Virus record (IMG/VR): IMGVR_UViG_3300005512_002353
Length of the DNA stretch: 64,000 nucleotides
Reading direction: 5' to 3' (one strand)
DNA from: a virus
Taxonomy: Duplodnaviria > Caudoviricetes
Part shown: piece after piece, positions 50,304 through 59,504 of the stretch
Numbering within the stretch: the first letter of the stretch is position 1
How the letters are laid out: every line of letters starts with the position of its first letter
Notes under the pieces: generated by a model
What the model saw: only the letters and a program-made list of their open reading frames with translations
Told to the model about the DNA's origin: nothing
The model's database searches: none
Translations under genes and position numbers: made by a program

Positions 50304-50939
50304 ATGAAACTCATAGCGTCTGGCTGTTCAGTCACACATGGTGCAGAGTTAGAGCACCCATTCATGAGCCAAGAGAATGCTCAACAGAGTTATCCGGCAC
50401 TGCTGGCTAAGAAGTTAAATCTTGAATGTGTTAATGTGGCTCTCAGTGGTGCCAGTAATGATCACATATTTCATTTAGCAGTTGAAGAACTTGAAAAACA
50501 CAACGATATATCAGTGCTATTGGTTTGTTGGACACACTCGCCTAGACTCACATGGCGTGCTTTTGATAGGACATATATCATACACCCTACATTCGCTACA
50601 GCACTAAAAGATGTTTATCAAGACCCAAGGCATAGGAAAGACGTTGGCAGAATCCATATTTCCAGTGATGCTAACATTCTGAATGAGCTCGAACAGGGAG
50701 TTAAGTTTGCGGTTACCCACATGATTGATTGTGATGAACTAGATCGTAAGCGTGATAATCATAGCCTTGCTCTAAGAGCGATATGTGAGCAAAGACAAAT
50801 ACAATTCATTGAATTAGATGTTATGGATTTTAAAAATGTTGGAAAGTATGACGAAGAGGAAAGACATCCTAATCATGTCGAACATGCTTTAATAGCAGAT
50901 CATTTAATGTCCACTTATTTTCTCAATGGCCTTAATTAG
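50304..50939 (+). CDS. SGNH-like protein
   Basis: 'SGCSVT', 'SGASN', C-terminal 'RHP'. Confidence 0.55.
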   Translation: MKLIASGCSVTHGAELEHPFMSQENAQQSYPALLAKKLNLECVNVALSGASNDHIFHLAVEELEKHNDISVLLVCWTHSPRLTWRAFDRTYIIHPTFATALKDVYQDPRHRKDVGRIHISSDANILNELEQGVKFAVTHMIDCDELDRKRDNHSLALRAICEQRQIQFIELDVMDFKNVGKYDEEERHPNHVEHALIADHLMSTYFLNGLN

Positions 50940-52077
50940 TTCTTCTCGTTTATTTCTTTTAAACCAAGCCTGATTGTGTAAAATGATCGAAGTCATTTCT
51001 ATATGCTGTTTATGTAGATCTTCTAAACTTGTGTCTGCTATTCGTTTAACGGTATCCCAAATAGCTAGCCAACGAAAACGAATATCCTGTTCCTGATCAT
51101 AACTTTCATCTATCCAGGGACTAAATGTTTTATATCCTTGTTCTTGGAGGTATTGTAAACTATTTGTTGTGCCCAGTATAACAAAGGGTTGGCCATATTT
51201 GATTGGCTTAAATGTTTTTTCCGTAAGGAACACGCCGCCGGTAGCATCAAGATAAGTTTCCATAACTACGTTCCAGTAACTATCAGTGAACAAATAATCC
51301 ACACTCAGAGAATGATCATTGTGGTTGTCTGTGTTAAGGTTATCTGCACTCAGAGGTAGCACAGATTCAAACTTAGGTTGAACGAAATCCATGTTTCTTT
51401 TATATCCCAGACACCATAAAAATTTACCATTGGTAACATTATAATCTTCTCTAGTGTCCTTATTAATAACATTACCATAACTCACATAAGCATCTTTTGT
51501 TAAATCGTTGCGCCATAGATTGTAAACAAATTCTTTCCTATACTGTTTGTGAACTCTATTTAAACAAGTGTATTTTTTAGTCTTGCGTTCAAATATACTT
51601 GGTTCGGGTATAACCGTGTTTTGTATTTCAAACAAGTATTCGCTTTCGCAGACATAGGCCATGCCATCTATTTCATTAGCTTTGGTGTTACCACTGACGA
51701 AAAATATTGATTCTCTGTCTATATCGTGTGCTTCACATAGGTCACGTAGTCTCTCGTCTATGGCGAAAGGATCGTCGGGTTCACCATAGGTAAACAATAA
51801 ACGTAATTGTTTGTGTCGAATTTTGTCAAGCACCCTGGGATTCAAGTAAGTAAAGTAGTCACAGTTGAAATCAAAGAAGTATAAGTTGACGTTATACCAA
51901 GCTGAATGATCAGCATCCTCGATATCAACTATGTCATAATTGATACCGTGATTATCTAAGAACTTGTGTAGAGTCATGGGCATCACATAGGGAGCACCAT
52001 ATGCTTGACTTTCGTGTTCTTTTAAGTTAAAATAATTATTATTTTCTATACAAAATTTAATGTTTGACATATTCATA
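50904..52077 (-). CDS. putative glycosyltransferase (GT-B, GT10/exostosin-like C-terminus)
   Basis: 'CLNR...YR', 'VVMET...FLTEKTFKPI...PF' resembles the GT10 TEK motif; start uncertain. Confidence 0.45.
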
Positions 52078-53376
52078 ATGGACATGGGTGGCCATAACGG
52101 TAACCTACAGTATTTAATAAAACGCTTTCCGCATGCCAAGGTTTTGCGTTGGACTACGCATCTTAATTGTATGCGTAAGGCCGCAAAACAATCAAGGACT
52201 AGATCATTTTGGTTAATTGCTAGTTGCTGTGTCTATGATGATTTTGATTTCTTGTGGGAGCCAGTTCCATGGGAACAATATCAAATACACTGTTGGGCCA
52301 GTAAAGATCAAAAACTAGGTGATACATTCTTAGTGCCTACTAGTAAGTTTTTGGAACAAGATCCAGAACGCATAGACCTATATCAGGATGTAAATTGGCA
52401 CGCGGATGGTGTTATTAGAGTGGATCCAGAAGTCGTAAGATACGACGGAGATGACATAATAGAGGCATCTAAGACGCACATAAACACGCCTTACGCCGTA
52501 GTTTGTAAACATTGGACACACGATTACCAAGAACCTCAATTATGGCAAGATCCTTGCATAGTTAACTTAAATGCTAGTAAATCAGCATCAATAGTGCCTA
52601 GGACTGCTACTAGTTATATAGATCAACAGATGTATGACTATCCACATCTATCATCAGACATTATATTACCTGATGAACCTTTGGATGTGGTGTTTATTGA
52701 AAATGGTGAGGTGAATGCAGAAGAAAACTTTGAACATTTACAGCAATTATTACAAGAAAAACCCAATAATTTGCACCGTGTAAGCAACGTAAAGGGTCGT
52801 GTCGCCGCTTATCAGGCCGCGGCTAAGGTCAGTAGCACCCCGTGGTTCTTTTCAGTGTTTGCTAAGTTAAAAATAGATGAGAATTTTGATTTTTCATGGC
52901 AACCAGATTACTGGCAAGGACCAAAACATTACATATTCCATGCCCGTAATCCCATAAATGATCTAGAATATGGACACATGGCCATGATAGCATACAATAA
53001 GAATTTGGTATTGTTAAACACTGCTCGAGGATTAGACTTTACCCTTGATCAAGCACACGAAGTGGTGCCAATATTGAGTGGTGTTGCTAACTATGCAGAT
53101 GATCCACAAATGGCTTGGCGTAGTGCTTTCCGTGAAGTGTTAAAACTTAAATGGATGTTGGAACAACGTGCTGACGTTGAAGCAGAATATAGACTCAAGA
53201 TGTGGCTAATGAAAGGTGAGGGTGAAAAGGGTCAGTGGTCAATGCAAGGTGCTGTTGATGCTGTTGAGTATTATGAAGAAACCAACGGTGACTTTGATAA
53301 GTTGAAACTGAGTTATGACTGGGCGTGGCTTAATGATTACTACAACGACCGGTATGTAGTATCACATAGTCACTGA
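52060..53376 (+). CDS. duplicated GT-A-like protein, paralog of 35746..36654
   Basis: 'RVSNVKGRVAAYQAAA', 'AWRSAFREVLK', 'GQWSMQGA' shared with the 35746 protein; no DxD at the equivalent site. Confidence 0.55.
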   Translation: MFDIFIMDMGGHNGNLQYLIKRFPHAKVLRWTTHLNCMRKAAKQSRTRSFWLIASCCVYDDFDFLWEPVPWEQYQIHCWASKDQKLGDTFLVPTSKFLEQDPERIDLYQDVNWHADGVIRVDPEVVRYDGDDIIEASKTHINTPYAVVCKHWTHDYQEPQLWQDPCIVNLNASKSASIVPRTATSYIDQQMYDYPHLSSDIILPDEPLDVVFIENGEVNAEENFEHLQQLLQEKPNNLHRVSNVKGRVAAYQAAAKVSSTPWFFSVFAKLKIDENFDFSWQPDYWQGPKHYIFHARNPINDLEYGHMAMIAYNKNLVLLNTARGLDFTLDQAHEVVPILSGVANYADDPQMAWRSAFREVLKLKWMLEQRADVEAEYRLKMWLMKGEGEKGQWSMQGAVDAVEYYEETNGDFDKLKLSYDWAWLNDYYNDRYVVSHSH

Positions 53377-54436
53377 TATATTCAACTTCTGTGTCAGTCA
53401 GTTCAGGATAGAAAGGTAAACTCAGAACTCTCCTACTTAGGCTACTGGCCACACTGAGCAATCCAGGATTCTCATAGTGTTGATATGGTTCCATTTCGTG
53501 TAGAGCTCTCTCATAATGTATCTTACATTCAATGCCGTCGTTGTATAGTTTTTCTTTTACGGTGTTCCTGCCGTTGATGTCGATCACAAACTTTTGGAAT
53601 GCGTGATAATTAAAATACTCTTTCCTGATCACTGGACGTATTTCTTCTACGTGTTCAAATGTGTCCATCCACCAAGCGGCGATCTTACGCCTGCGATCCT
53701 GCCATTCGTCAATGTATTTTAGTTTGACCAACAGTTGGGCGGCATCTGCTTCACTCATGCGTGAGTTTGTTCCAACTATGGCCCAATCAGGTTTACCGTT
53801 GTCTCTATACTTGCGGAACCAATTGGCGGCGTCTGGGTCATGAGTAACAATAGCACCACCATTGCCATAGTTGCCTAGATTCTTCATTGGATCAAATGAT
53901 ATCGCTTTCATGACAGGGTTGCTACCGAATGGTTCACTTAGCCAATGCTGGGCGGCATCCTCTACCAGTATCTTCCAATGTGTCTTGCTACCATTGTCCT
54001 TGAACAGTTCTTCCCACACAGGTGAACCATACAGCCCAACGGTGCAGATAGCATGATAACTGTCGTAGTCGGGCAGTTTCTCCATGTCCATAACACCATA
54101 ACTGTCAGTGTCAACTATGATGGGTTCCCATCCTGCCTTGACCCAACTGTTGATGGTCGCAGGATATGTCATCGCAGGCAAACAAACACGTGGAGTCACA
54201 TCCTCGCCAATACCAAAACTATATCTATGATACTCAGCGATCATCTGCAGGGCCTGTGTGCCTGAGTGGACGCATATGACGTGTTCCATGCCTATGCGTT
54301 TGGCCACTTGTTCTTCCAATGCTTGAGTGTAGGGACCGTTCATGTGTATGCCTGAACGATATACCATGTCGGTGGCGTCCAGGATCTCATCTCTGATTGA
54401 GTCGTATTGTTTTCTAAGATTTATAAACGGTATCAT
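53330..54436 (-). CDS. DegT/DnrJ/EryC1/StrS PLP-dependent sugar aminotransferase
   Basis: 'SGTQAL', 'EDAAQ', 'SFDPMKNLG..G.GG' (PLP Lys), 'NSRM', 'LSLPFYP'. Confidence 0.92.
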   Translation of the reverse strand: MIPFINLRKQYDSIRDEILDATDMVYRSGIHMNGPYTQALEEQVAKRIGMEHVICVHSGTQALQMIAEYHRYSFGIGEDVTPRVCLPAMTYPATINSWVKAGWEPIIVDTDSYGVMDMEKLPDYDSYHAICTVGLYGSPVWEELFKDNGSKTHWKILVEDAAQHWLSEPFGSNPVMKAISFDPMKNLGNYGNGGAIVTHDPDAANWFRKYRDNGKPDWAIVGTNSRMSEADAAQLLVKLKYIDEWQDRRRKIAAWWMDTFEHVEEIRPVIRKEYFNYHAFQKFVIDINGRNTVKEKLYNDGIECKIHYERALHEMEPYQHYENPGLLSVASSLSRRVLSLPFYPELTDTEVEYISDYVILHTGRCSNH

Positions 54437-55370
54437 ATACTGACTTCATCCATTCAACATACAGTTGACATCCTTCTGCAAAGTCCACTCCGGGATTGTA
54501 ATCTAGATCGTTACGAGCTCTAGCAATATCTAACCTGCCTCGACTAGGAAAGTTCTCATCTCTGTCCACTAGCTCTATATCCCCCTTGCCCAATAGTTCA
54601 ACTACCTGTTCAGCGGCAAATTTAAGTGTTACGGGACTGTCCTGGCAACGTGTGATGTTATAGATATCATGTTTACAAGTTTTGGTAGCGGCCAATGCTA
54701 TTCCCTGTGCCGTGTCTGTGACGAAGGTAAAGTCCAATATCTCATTGGCACCTCTAACTTCTATGGTCTTACCTCTGAGTGCGTTTAGAACAAACTTTGA
54801 CAATACTCTGTCCTCAACATCACGAGGACCATATACAGCACTGGGACGTATGATGGTATAATCAAAATACTTCTTGTAGTCTTCTACAAATTTCTCGCCC
54901 ATGTATTTCATTATAGCATACTGTCCTCTTGGTTGGCATTCCTGTGTTTCAGGAACACGATCCTTGAAGTCACCATAGACCATGCTTGATGAGATGTAGA
55001 CAAACTTGTCAGCGATACCCTTACTTGCTTCTAGTAGGTTAATTAATCCTGTAGACATAACTTCACTTGCTATGCTAGGATTTTCCTGAACCACTTTCTG
55101 TCTAGGAAAACTTGCTAGGTGTATGACTACCTCTGGTTGGAAGTCCATTAAACATTTTTGGACAGTTGAACGATCTCTAATATCTATTCTTCTGGTAGGA
55201 ACTTGGTTGCGTAGATCACCCTGGCGCATTTGGAACAACTTCATCATTTGGTCCAATGGTATGAAGTCATAGTTAGTCATGGAGTCAATGACCATGATGT
55301 CATGTCCCTGTAGTTGTCGAACAACCTCGTGTCCGATAAAACCTAATCCACCGCTAACCAGTATTCGCAT
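54414..55370 (-). CDS. NAD-dependent nucleotide-sugar epimerase/dehydratase (extended SDR)
   Basis: GGLGFIG, 'SSSMVYG', YxxxK (YAIMK), 'VYGP', 'DFTFVTD'. Confidence 0.92.
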   Translation of the reverse strand: MRILVSGGLGFIGHEVVRQLQGHDIMVIDSMTNYDFIPLDQMMKLFQMRQGDLRNQVPTRRIDIRDRSTVQKCLMDFQPEVVIHLASFPRQKVVQENPSIASEVMSTGLINLLEASKGIADKFVYISSSMVYGDFKDRVPETQECQPRGQYAIMKYMGEKFVEDYKKYFDYTIIRPSAVYGPRDVEDRVLSKFVLNALRGKTIEVRGANEILDFTFVTDTAQGIALAATKTCKHDIYNITRCQDSPVTLKFAAEQVVELLGKGDIELVDRDENFPSRGRLDIARARNDLDYNPGVDFAEGCQLYVEWMKSVYDTVYKS

Positions 55371-55629
55371 TCTTAACTAACTTCCAATAAGTCTCTTGTT
55401 TGTCTGTCATGTTACAATAAAGATGAGCAACAAACCCCATCTGATATTCGTTGTCAATGCCAACGGTATACCACATGAGCTCTCCATCTCCGCCACATTC
55501 TTCGTATACCCACTTGCCTGCAGGAGTATCTAAGTATTCTGCAATAGCACCTGAGGCATATAAGTCTGGATCCTCACAGTCTCCTAGGTGTGCCTCAAAC
55601 ACACAGACCCTATTTCCATTCTTCTTCAA
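55354..55629 (-). CDS. hypothetical small phage protein
   Basis: 91-aa ORF overlapping neighbours; C-terminal 'TYWKL' motif. Confidence 0.6.
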   Translation of the reverse strand: MKKNGNRVCVFEAHLGDCEDPDLYASGAIAEYLDTPAGKWVYEECGGDGELMWYTVGIDNEYQMGFVAHLYCNMTDKQETYWKLVKNANTG

Positions 55630-55891
55630 ACTTAAAAAACCTCAGAGCGTATTCAGTGTATTGTTTCTCATCTAGGTCTCCGTAGATGATATATTGTTTA
55701 CCATACCCAACATAGACTTCATCTTCATGCCATTGTAGTTCTATGTCATTGTTTTCTACCCAACTGTATTGGGGAGTTTCCTTAAACAGTTCAGCAACGT
55801 CCCAAAACTGCTTTTGTTTTGACTTTGTTACAATGTTAGAATAGTCGTTTTCTTGATGTGTAAAGAATCTAACTCTGTGTTTTACTTTCAA
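55610..55891 (-). CDS. hypothetical small phage protein
   Basis: 93-aa ORF, TTG start overlapping upstream stop; C-terminal 'TEYALRF' motif. Confidence 0.55.
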   Translation of the reverse strand: MKVKHRVRFFTHQENDYSNIVTKSKQKQFWDVAELFKETPQYSWVENNDIELQWHEDEVYVGYGKQYIIYGDLDEKQYTEYALRFFKFEEEWK

Positions 55892-56325
55892 GGGGTTATC
55901 CTTCCTGTAATAGATATTCTAATATTGTTAACATCGGTAACTTCATGCGACACTGACGTTTTTAAAATATACCATTCGTTTGTTTTAAGAATTTTATTTT
56001 CTATTTCTTGTCCATCGTCATCATAAAAGTGTGTCACAGCATCGCCGCCTGCTATTATATAATTAAATTTTGATTCTGTGCCAACATCTTTATGCTTTGG
56101 TAAATCTTTATTAATAACCTGTATGGCCCAATACACATCCTCACTGATGTTTTCTTTACACCAATTTTGTATTTTATCATTAGCTGGAATCCATTCATAG
56201 ATATCTTTAAGACTTTCAATACCAGGAAATTCTGTTCCTTTATTTTCTTTTATACTGGCATGAACTTCTGCTACAAGATGTTCAGGTAGTTTTGGTAATC
56301 CTTTAATGTGTTTAGCATTGGTCAT
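55888..56325 (-). CDS. cupin / 2OG-Fe(II)-like double-stranded beta-helix protein
   Basis: HxD ('HKD') ... 'HEV' ... 'RISI' pattern. Confidence 0.5.
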   Translation of the reverse strand: MTNAKHIKGLPKLPEHLVAEVHASIKENKGTEFPGIESLKDIYEWIPANDKIQNWCKENISEDVYWAIQVINKDLPKHKDVGTESKFNYIIAGGDAVTHFYDDDGQEIENKILKTNEWYILKTSVSHEVTDVNNIRISITGRITP

Positions 56326-56333
56326 AGACTGTA

Positions 56334-56362
56334 ATTATATAGTCTAAAAACTTCAGTGTCAA
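56334..56362 (-). promoter_or_regulatory. sigma70 consensus promoter
   Basis: TTGACA - 17 nt - TATAAT, 8 nt before ATG 56325. Confidence 0.8.
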
Positions 56363-57019
56363 CTAGATAGATTCCATTAACGGAAAGATTTCTGCAATAA
56401 CTTTAGCACAGGCCTGGGCGATCTCCATGTGTTCTTTCTGTGTGCCATTTGCAGAGCGTAGATCGATATAATGAACCCACGAACGTAGTGTTCCGTTCAT
56501 ATATAATCTGGTTTTGGTATTACCTTCAGGTAGAACTGCACGAGCTTGTTCTTTGGCAATACCATTATCAATAGCCCATTCATATGTTTCTTTGGCTAAG
56601 TTGATAACCTGTTGTTGTCTGTCAGTCCATTCATTATGTAGTATTTCATCATCTACATCAATTGAGTTTTGTCTGTTTTGTGTGTCTTGTAGTCTTGCTT
56701 CACGCAGGACAAATTGATTACCAAACTCTGCTGGATCAGCATAACGTTGGCTAAACTCTTGGAAACTAAATGAGCGATGTCTCACTATTTGATGTGCTAT
56801 GTCTCGAGTGGTATTGATCTCTAAACAAGCATTAACCATTTCCAAAGGTGACCAGTGTTTGTGTTTAATCAAATATTTGATCAGTTTGTCACTGGTCTCT
56901 TTGTTCATCTGATTACTAGGATTTGATACTCTAGCACAGAAAGCGATTAGTTCTTGGCAGTCATCTAACCCTGTGCCTTCTGGTGCTGTTGAGTAAGATA
57001 TCAATTTGACCTGTGTCAT
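56363..57019 (-). CDS. thyX: flavin-dependent thymidylate synthase
   Basis: RHRx7S motif 'RHRSFSFQEFSQRY', 'HWSPLE', 'AKEQARAVLP', 'TQKEH'. Confidence 0.95.
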   Translation of the reverse strand: MTQVKLISYSTAPEGTGLDDCQELIAFCARVSNPSNQMNKETSDKLIKYLIKHKHWSPLEMVNACLEINTTRDIAHQIVRHRSFSFQEFSQRYADPAEFGNQFVLREARLQDTQNRQNSIDVDDEILHNEWTDRQQQVINLAKETYEWAIDNGIAKEQARAVLPEGNTKTRLYMNGTLRSWVHYIDLRSANGTQKEHMEIAQACAKVIAEIFPLMESI

Positions 57020-57321
57020 AGATTTCCCAGTATAGTATCAGTTTCTTTTTGAACTAGTTCTGCAACTGCTTCAACATCAACAAAGAAGTCAATGTTTTCG
57101 ATCATACCATCATATTCTGACAGTTTGTCGTTTAGAACCTGTTCAAGTTCTTCAGGATAATATCCCTTCTTGCGTAGTGTGGCGATGTTTAAATATCTGC
57201 GTTTACCGTCTGTGAGTTTGATCACTAATCTCTTGATACACTCTACCGGAACATCAGTTTTTTCAACGTTGTCAACCAAGTCTTCCCACTTTGCGAGGAA
57301 GTCGTCGCTGAATCTCGCCAT
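57016..57321 (-). CDS. hypothetical protein
   Basis: 101-aa ORF, ATGA-coupled to thyX. Confidence 0.65.
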   Translation of the reverse strand: MARFSDDFLAKWEDLVDNVEKTDVPVECIKRLVIKLTDGKRRYLNIATLRKKGYYPEELEQVLNDKLSEYDGMIENIDFFVDVEAVAELVQKETDTILGNL

Positions 57322-57324
57322 GTC

Positions 57325-57837
57325 TTACGCCGTTTCTTTCTTTGGGCGGCCTCTCTTTTTAGGGGCTTCACTGGGTGCAACATCTTCAGCAACTGCTGGT
57401 GCTGGTCTTAGGCTTGGATCAAGTCTGTATGCTTCTTCAAGCATCTTGTTAGCTCTGCTAATTAAATCCTGAGCCTGATCCTTAATACCAGTTGTTGACA
57501 TCTCGCCTAACATCTTGTTAAGCTCATCAAGCCTAACTCCTGACTTTTTATTGGCTTCTACAACAACATGACGTGTTTCAACTTTGGTTAGATATCCGTC
57601 TGCATGTAGCGCCTGTAGGATGTTCCTACCATCAGCAGTGGTATGTTTATCTAATTCTTCTGCCAGTTCATTAGCCGCCTGTCCGTTCTTGGATTCTAAA
57701 ACACTCATCAATCCATCGTGTAAGAAACTTGGTAATGTGTCTGAATATACTACCAATGCGTGATTAGTGTCATTTGGCAACGTTTTAAATACGATCGCTA
57801 CCTTCTGTTCATTGTGTCTTCCGACGTGTTTAATCAT
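57325..57837 (-). CDS. hypothetical protein with C-terminal AT-hook-like KKRGRPKK
   Basis: 170-aa ORF with GGAG SD. Confidence 0.65.
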   Translation of the reverse strand: MIKHVGRHNEQKVAIVFKTLPNDTNHALVVYSDTLPSFLHDGLMSVLESKNGQAANELAEELDKHTTADGRNILQALHADGYLTKVETRHVVVEANKKSGVRLDELNKMLGEMSTTGIKDQAQDLISRANKMLEEAYRLDPSLRPAPAVAEDVAPSEAPKKRGRPKKETA

Positions 57838-57841
57838 ATGA

Positions 57842-58105
57842 TTATTCTCCTTTTTCCGCAGGTGCGTCCACCTTTGGTTCTTCTTTTGGTAACAGGCTTG
57901 CTACGAAAAGACTGAGTCTTTCATAGACTGTGCCAACTGCTGTTAACTCGTTAGCTCGCCATGCACCTCTCTGTGAGCCAAGTTCGATAGCACTCTTTAA
58001 CGTAATTAGGTCTTGCACCGTTAAAGGCTGTGCCTGTTGCTCTTGGGCTTGTTCAGGTTGTGATTCCTGTTTTACTTCTTCTGTTTTCTTATTATCTTTG
58101 GCCAT
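57842..58105 (-). CDS. hypothetical protein
   Basis: 87-aa ORF with AAGGAG SD; TAAATA upstream on minus strand near 58125-58130. Confidence 0.65.
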   Translation of the reverse strand: MAKDNKKTEEVKQESQPEQAQEQQAQPLTVQDLITLKSAIELGSQRGAWRANELTAVGTVYERLSLFVASLLPKEEPKVDAPAEKGE

Positions 58106-58158
58106 GTAATATTCTCCTTGCTAATATTTAACGGCCCTACGATGGTGGGTCCAAATTT

Positions 58159-59466
58159 TTAGGACTTGTTTTCCTCGTATAAGGCCCAGGTTCCAAATGG
58201 TGGGTTAGGATTGTCGTCACCGTGTATGATCCACACTGTGTCACAGTAGTTTGGATCTCCCCATGTGCCAAATGGCCAACCGTCTGTGAATACAACAAAC
58301 CTTGCTGGATTGATGTCATGTTCTTTCATGTAGTTGAACATACAAGCGAAATCAGTTCCGCCACCGCCCTCAGGTTCATAATCCAGTATATCATCTAAGT
58401 TCTCACTTGTAAAGTCTTTTGGATTATAAACTTCAGTGTCAAAACTGAATATGTGAATCTTATAGTTGTTGAATTCTTCCGTGATGCCCTTGAGCTCACT
58501 TAGGAAGTCTCTGGCCTGACTGTCTGATATACTACCTGACATATCAAGTGCTACCACAATGTCAATCATTTCCTCATGATCTGTGCCTGGTAATATAGCA
58601 TCCATGTGCCATGCACGTCTACTAGGACGTTGCCATGTGTAGTCTGACTTCTGTGTAGACTCTAACTGCTGACGTAGTAGTTCACGCCAGTTCATTTTAG
58701 GATCAGTGATCTCTTGTATAATACGTTTTACGTTGTTAGGTAAATTACCAGCACCTGTTTGTTTTGCGGCATTGACCACTGCTTCTTTAAGTTCGTCTTT
58801 TATCTCCTGAAGCTCTTCTTTCGAAAGTTTGGGTTTGCCCTTACCGTCCTTTTCATTACCGTCACCGTCTTTGCTTTCTGGTCCGTCTGATGTTGTTGAA
58901 TCTTCGTTCTCCAGATGCTCATCAAGAAGTTGTTTAACCAAGTCATCAACGTCAATTTTTTCTGCGTTTTCATATAAATCCTCATATACCTTTTCATAGT
59001 TCCAGCCATAGTATTTTGTTTCGTGTAAACAAGGAACAGTTGTAATCATTTCGCCTATCTTGTGTTGAACTAGGTCACCATTGACACAGTAGTCAGCGGC
59101 GATGTTTGAAAGTTGTGCCTGATGATCGTTGTCTACTCTACGACCAATATGTTCATAGACACAGTGTAGCACTTCATGTCCAAACAAGAACTCTACCTCT
59201 TTTTCGTTTTTCAACATCATGATAAAACGTGAATTGTAATAAAACTTACGACCGTCTGTGGCGGCAGTTGGGCACCATTCGTCTGCATTAGTAAGTTGTA
59301 AACGAGTTGCTAGGTTGCCAAAGAAAGGCTGTTTAAGTAGTAGACCAATTCTAGCAGTTACTAAGCGTTCTCTTGCTTCTGCATCAACTCTAGGATCTGT
59401 AGGACCTAGTATGTCTTTGAATTGATCTTTTACGTCTTTTGTGTTTGCTGTGGTCGCTGTAGTCAT
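58159..59466 (-). CDS. DUF2201-like metallopeptidase + VWA domain protein
   Basis: 'TAATDG', HExxH (HEVLH), MIDAS 'DMSGS', 'GGGGTDF', 'FTDG'. Confidence 0.85.
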   Translation of the reverse strand: MTTATTANTKDVKDQFKDILGPTDPRVDAEARERLVTARIGLLLKQPFFGNLATRLQLTNADEWCPTAATDGRKFYYNSRFIMMLKNEKEVEFLFGHEVLHCVYEHIGRRVDNDHQAQLSNIAADYCVNGDLVQHKIGEMITTVPCLHETKYYGWNYEKVYEDLYENAEKIDVDDLVKQLLDEHLENEDSTTSDGPESKDGDGNEKDGKGKPKLSKEELQEIKDELKEAVVNAAKQTGAGNLPNNVKRIIQEITDPKMNWRELLRQQLESTQKSDYTWQRPSRRAWHMDAILPGTDHEEMIDIVVALDMSGSISDSQARDFLSELKGITEEFNNYKIHIFSFDTEVYNPKDFTSENLDDILDYEPEGGGGTDFACMFNYMKEHDINPARFVVFTDGWPFGTWGDPNYCDTVWIIHGDDNPNPPFGTWALYEENKS

Positions 59467-59472
59467 ATTAGT

Positions 59473-59501
59473 ATTATATGATCAAGTGAATTATTTGTCA
59501 A
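59473..59501 (-). promoter_or_regulatory. sigma70 consensus promoter (leaderless transcript likely)
   Basis: TTGACA - 17 nt - TATAAT, 6 nt before ATG 59466. Confidence 0.8.
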
Positions 59502-59504
59502 GTA

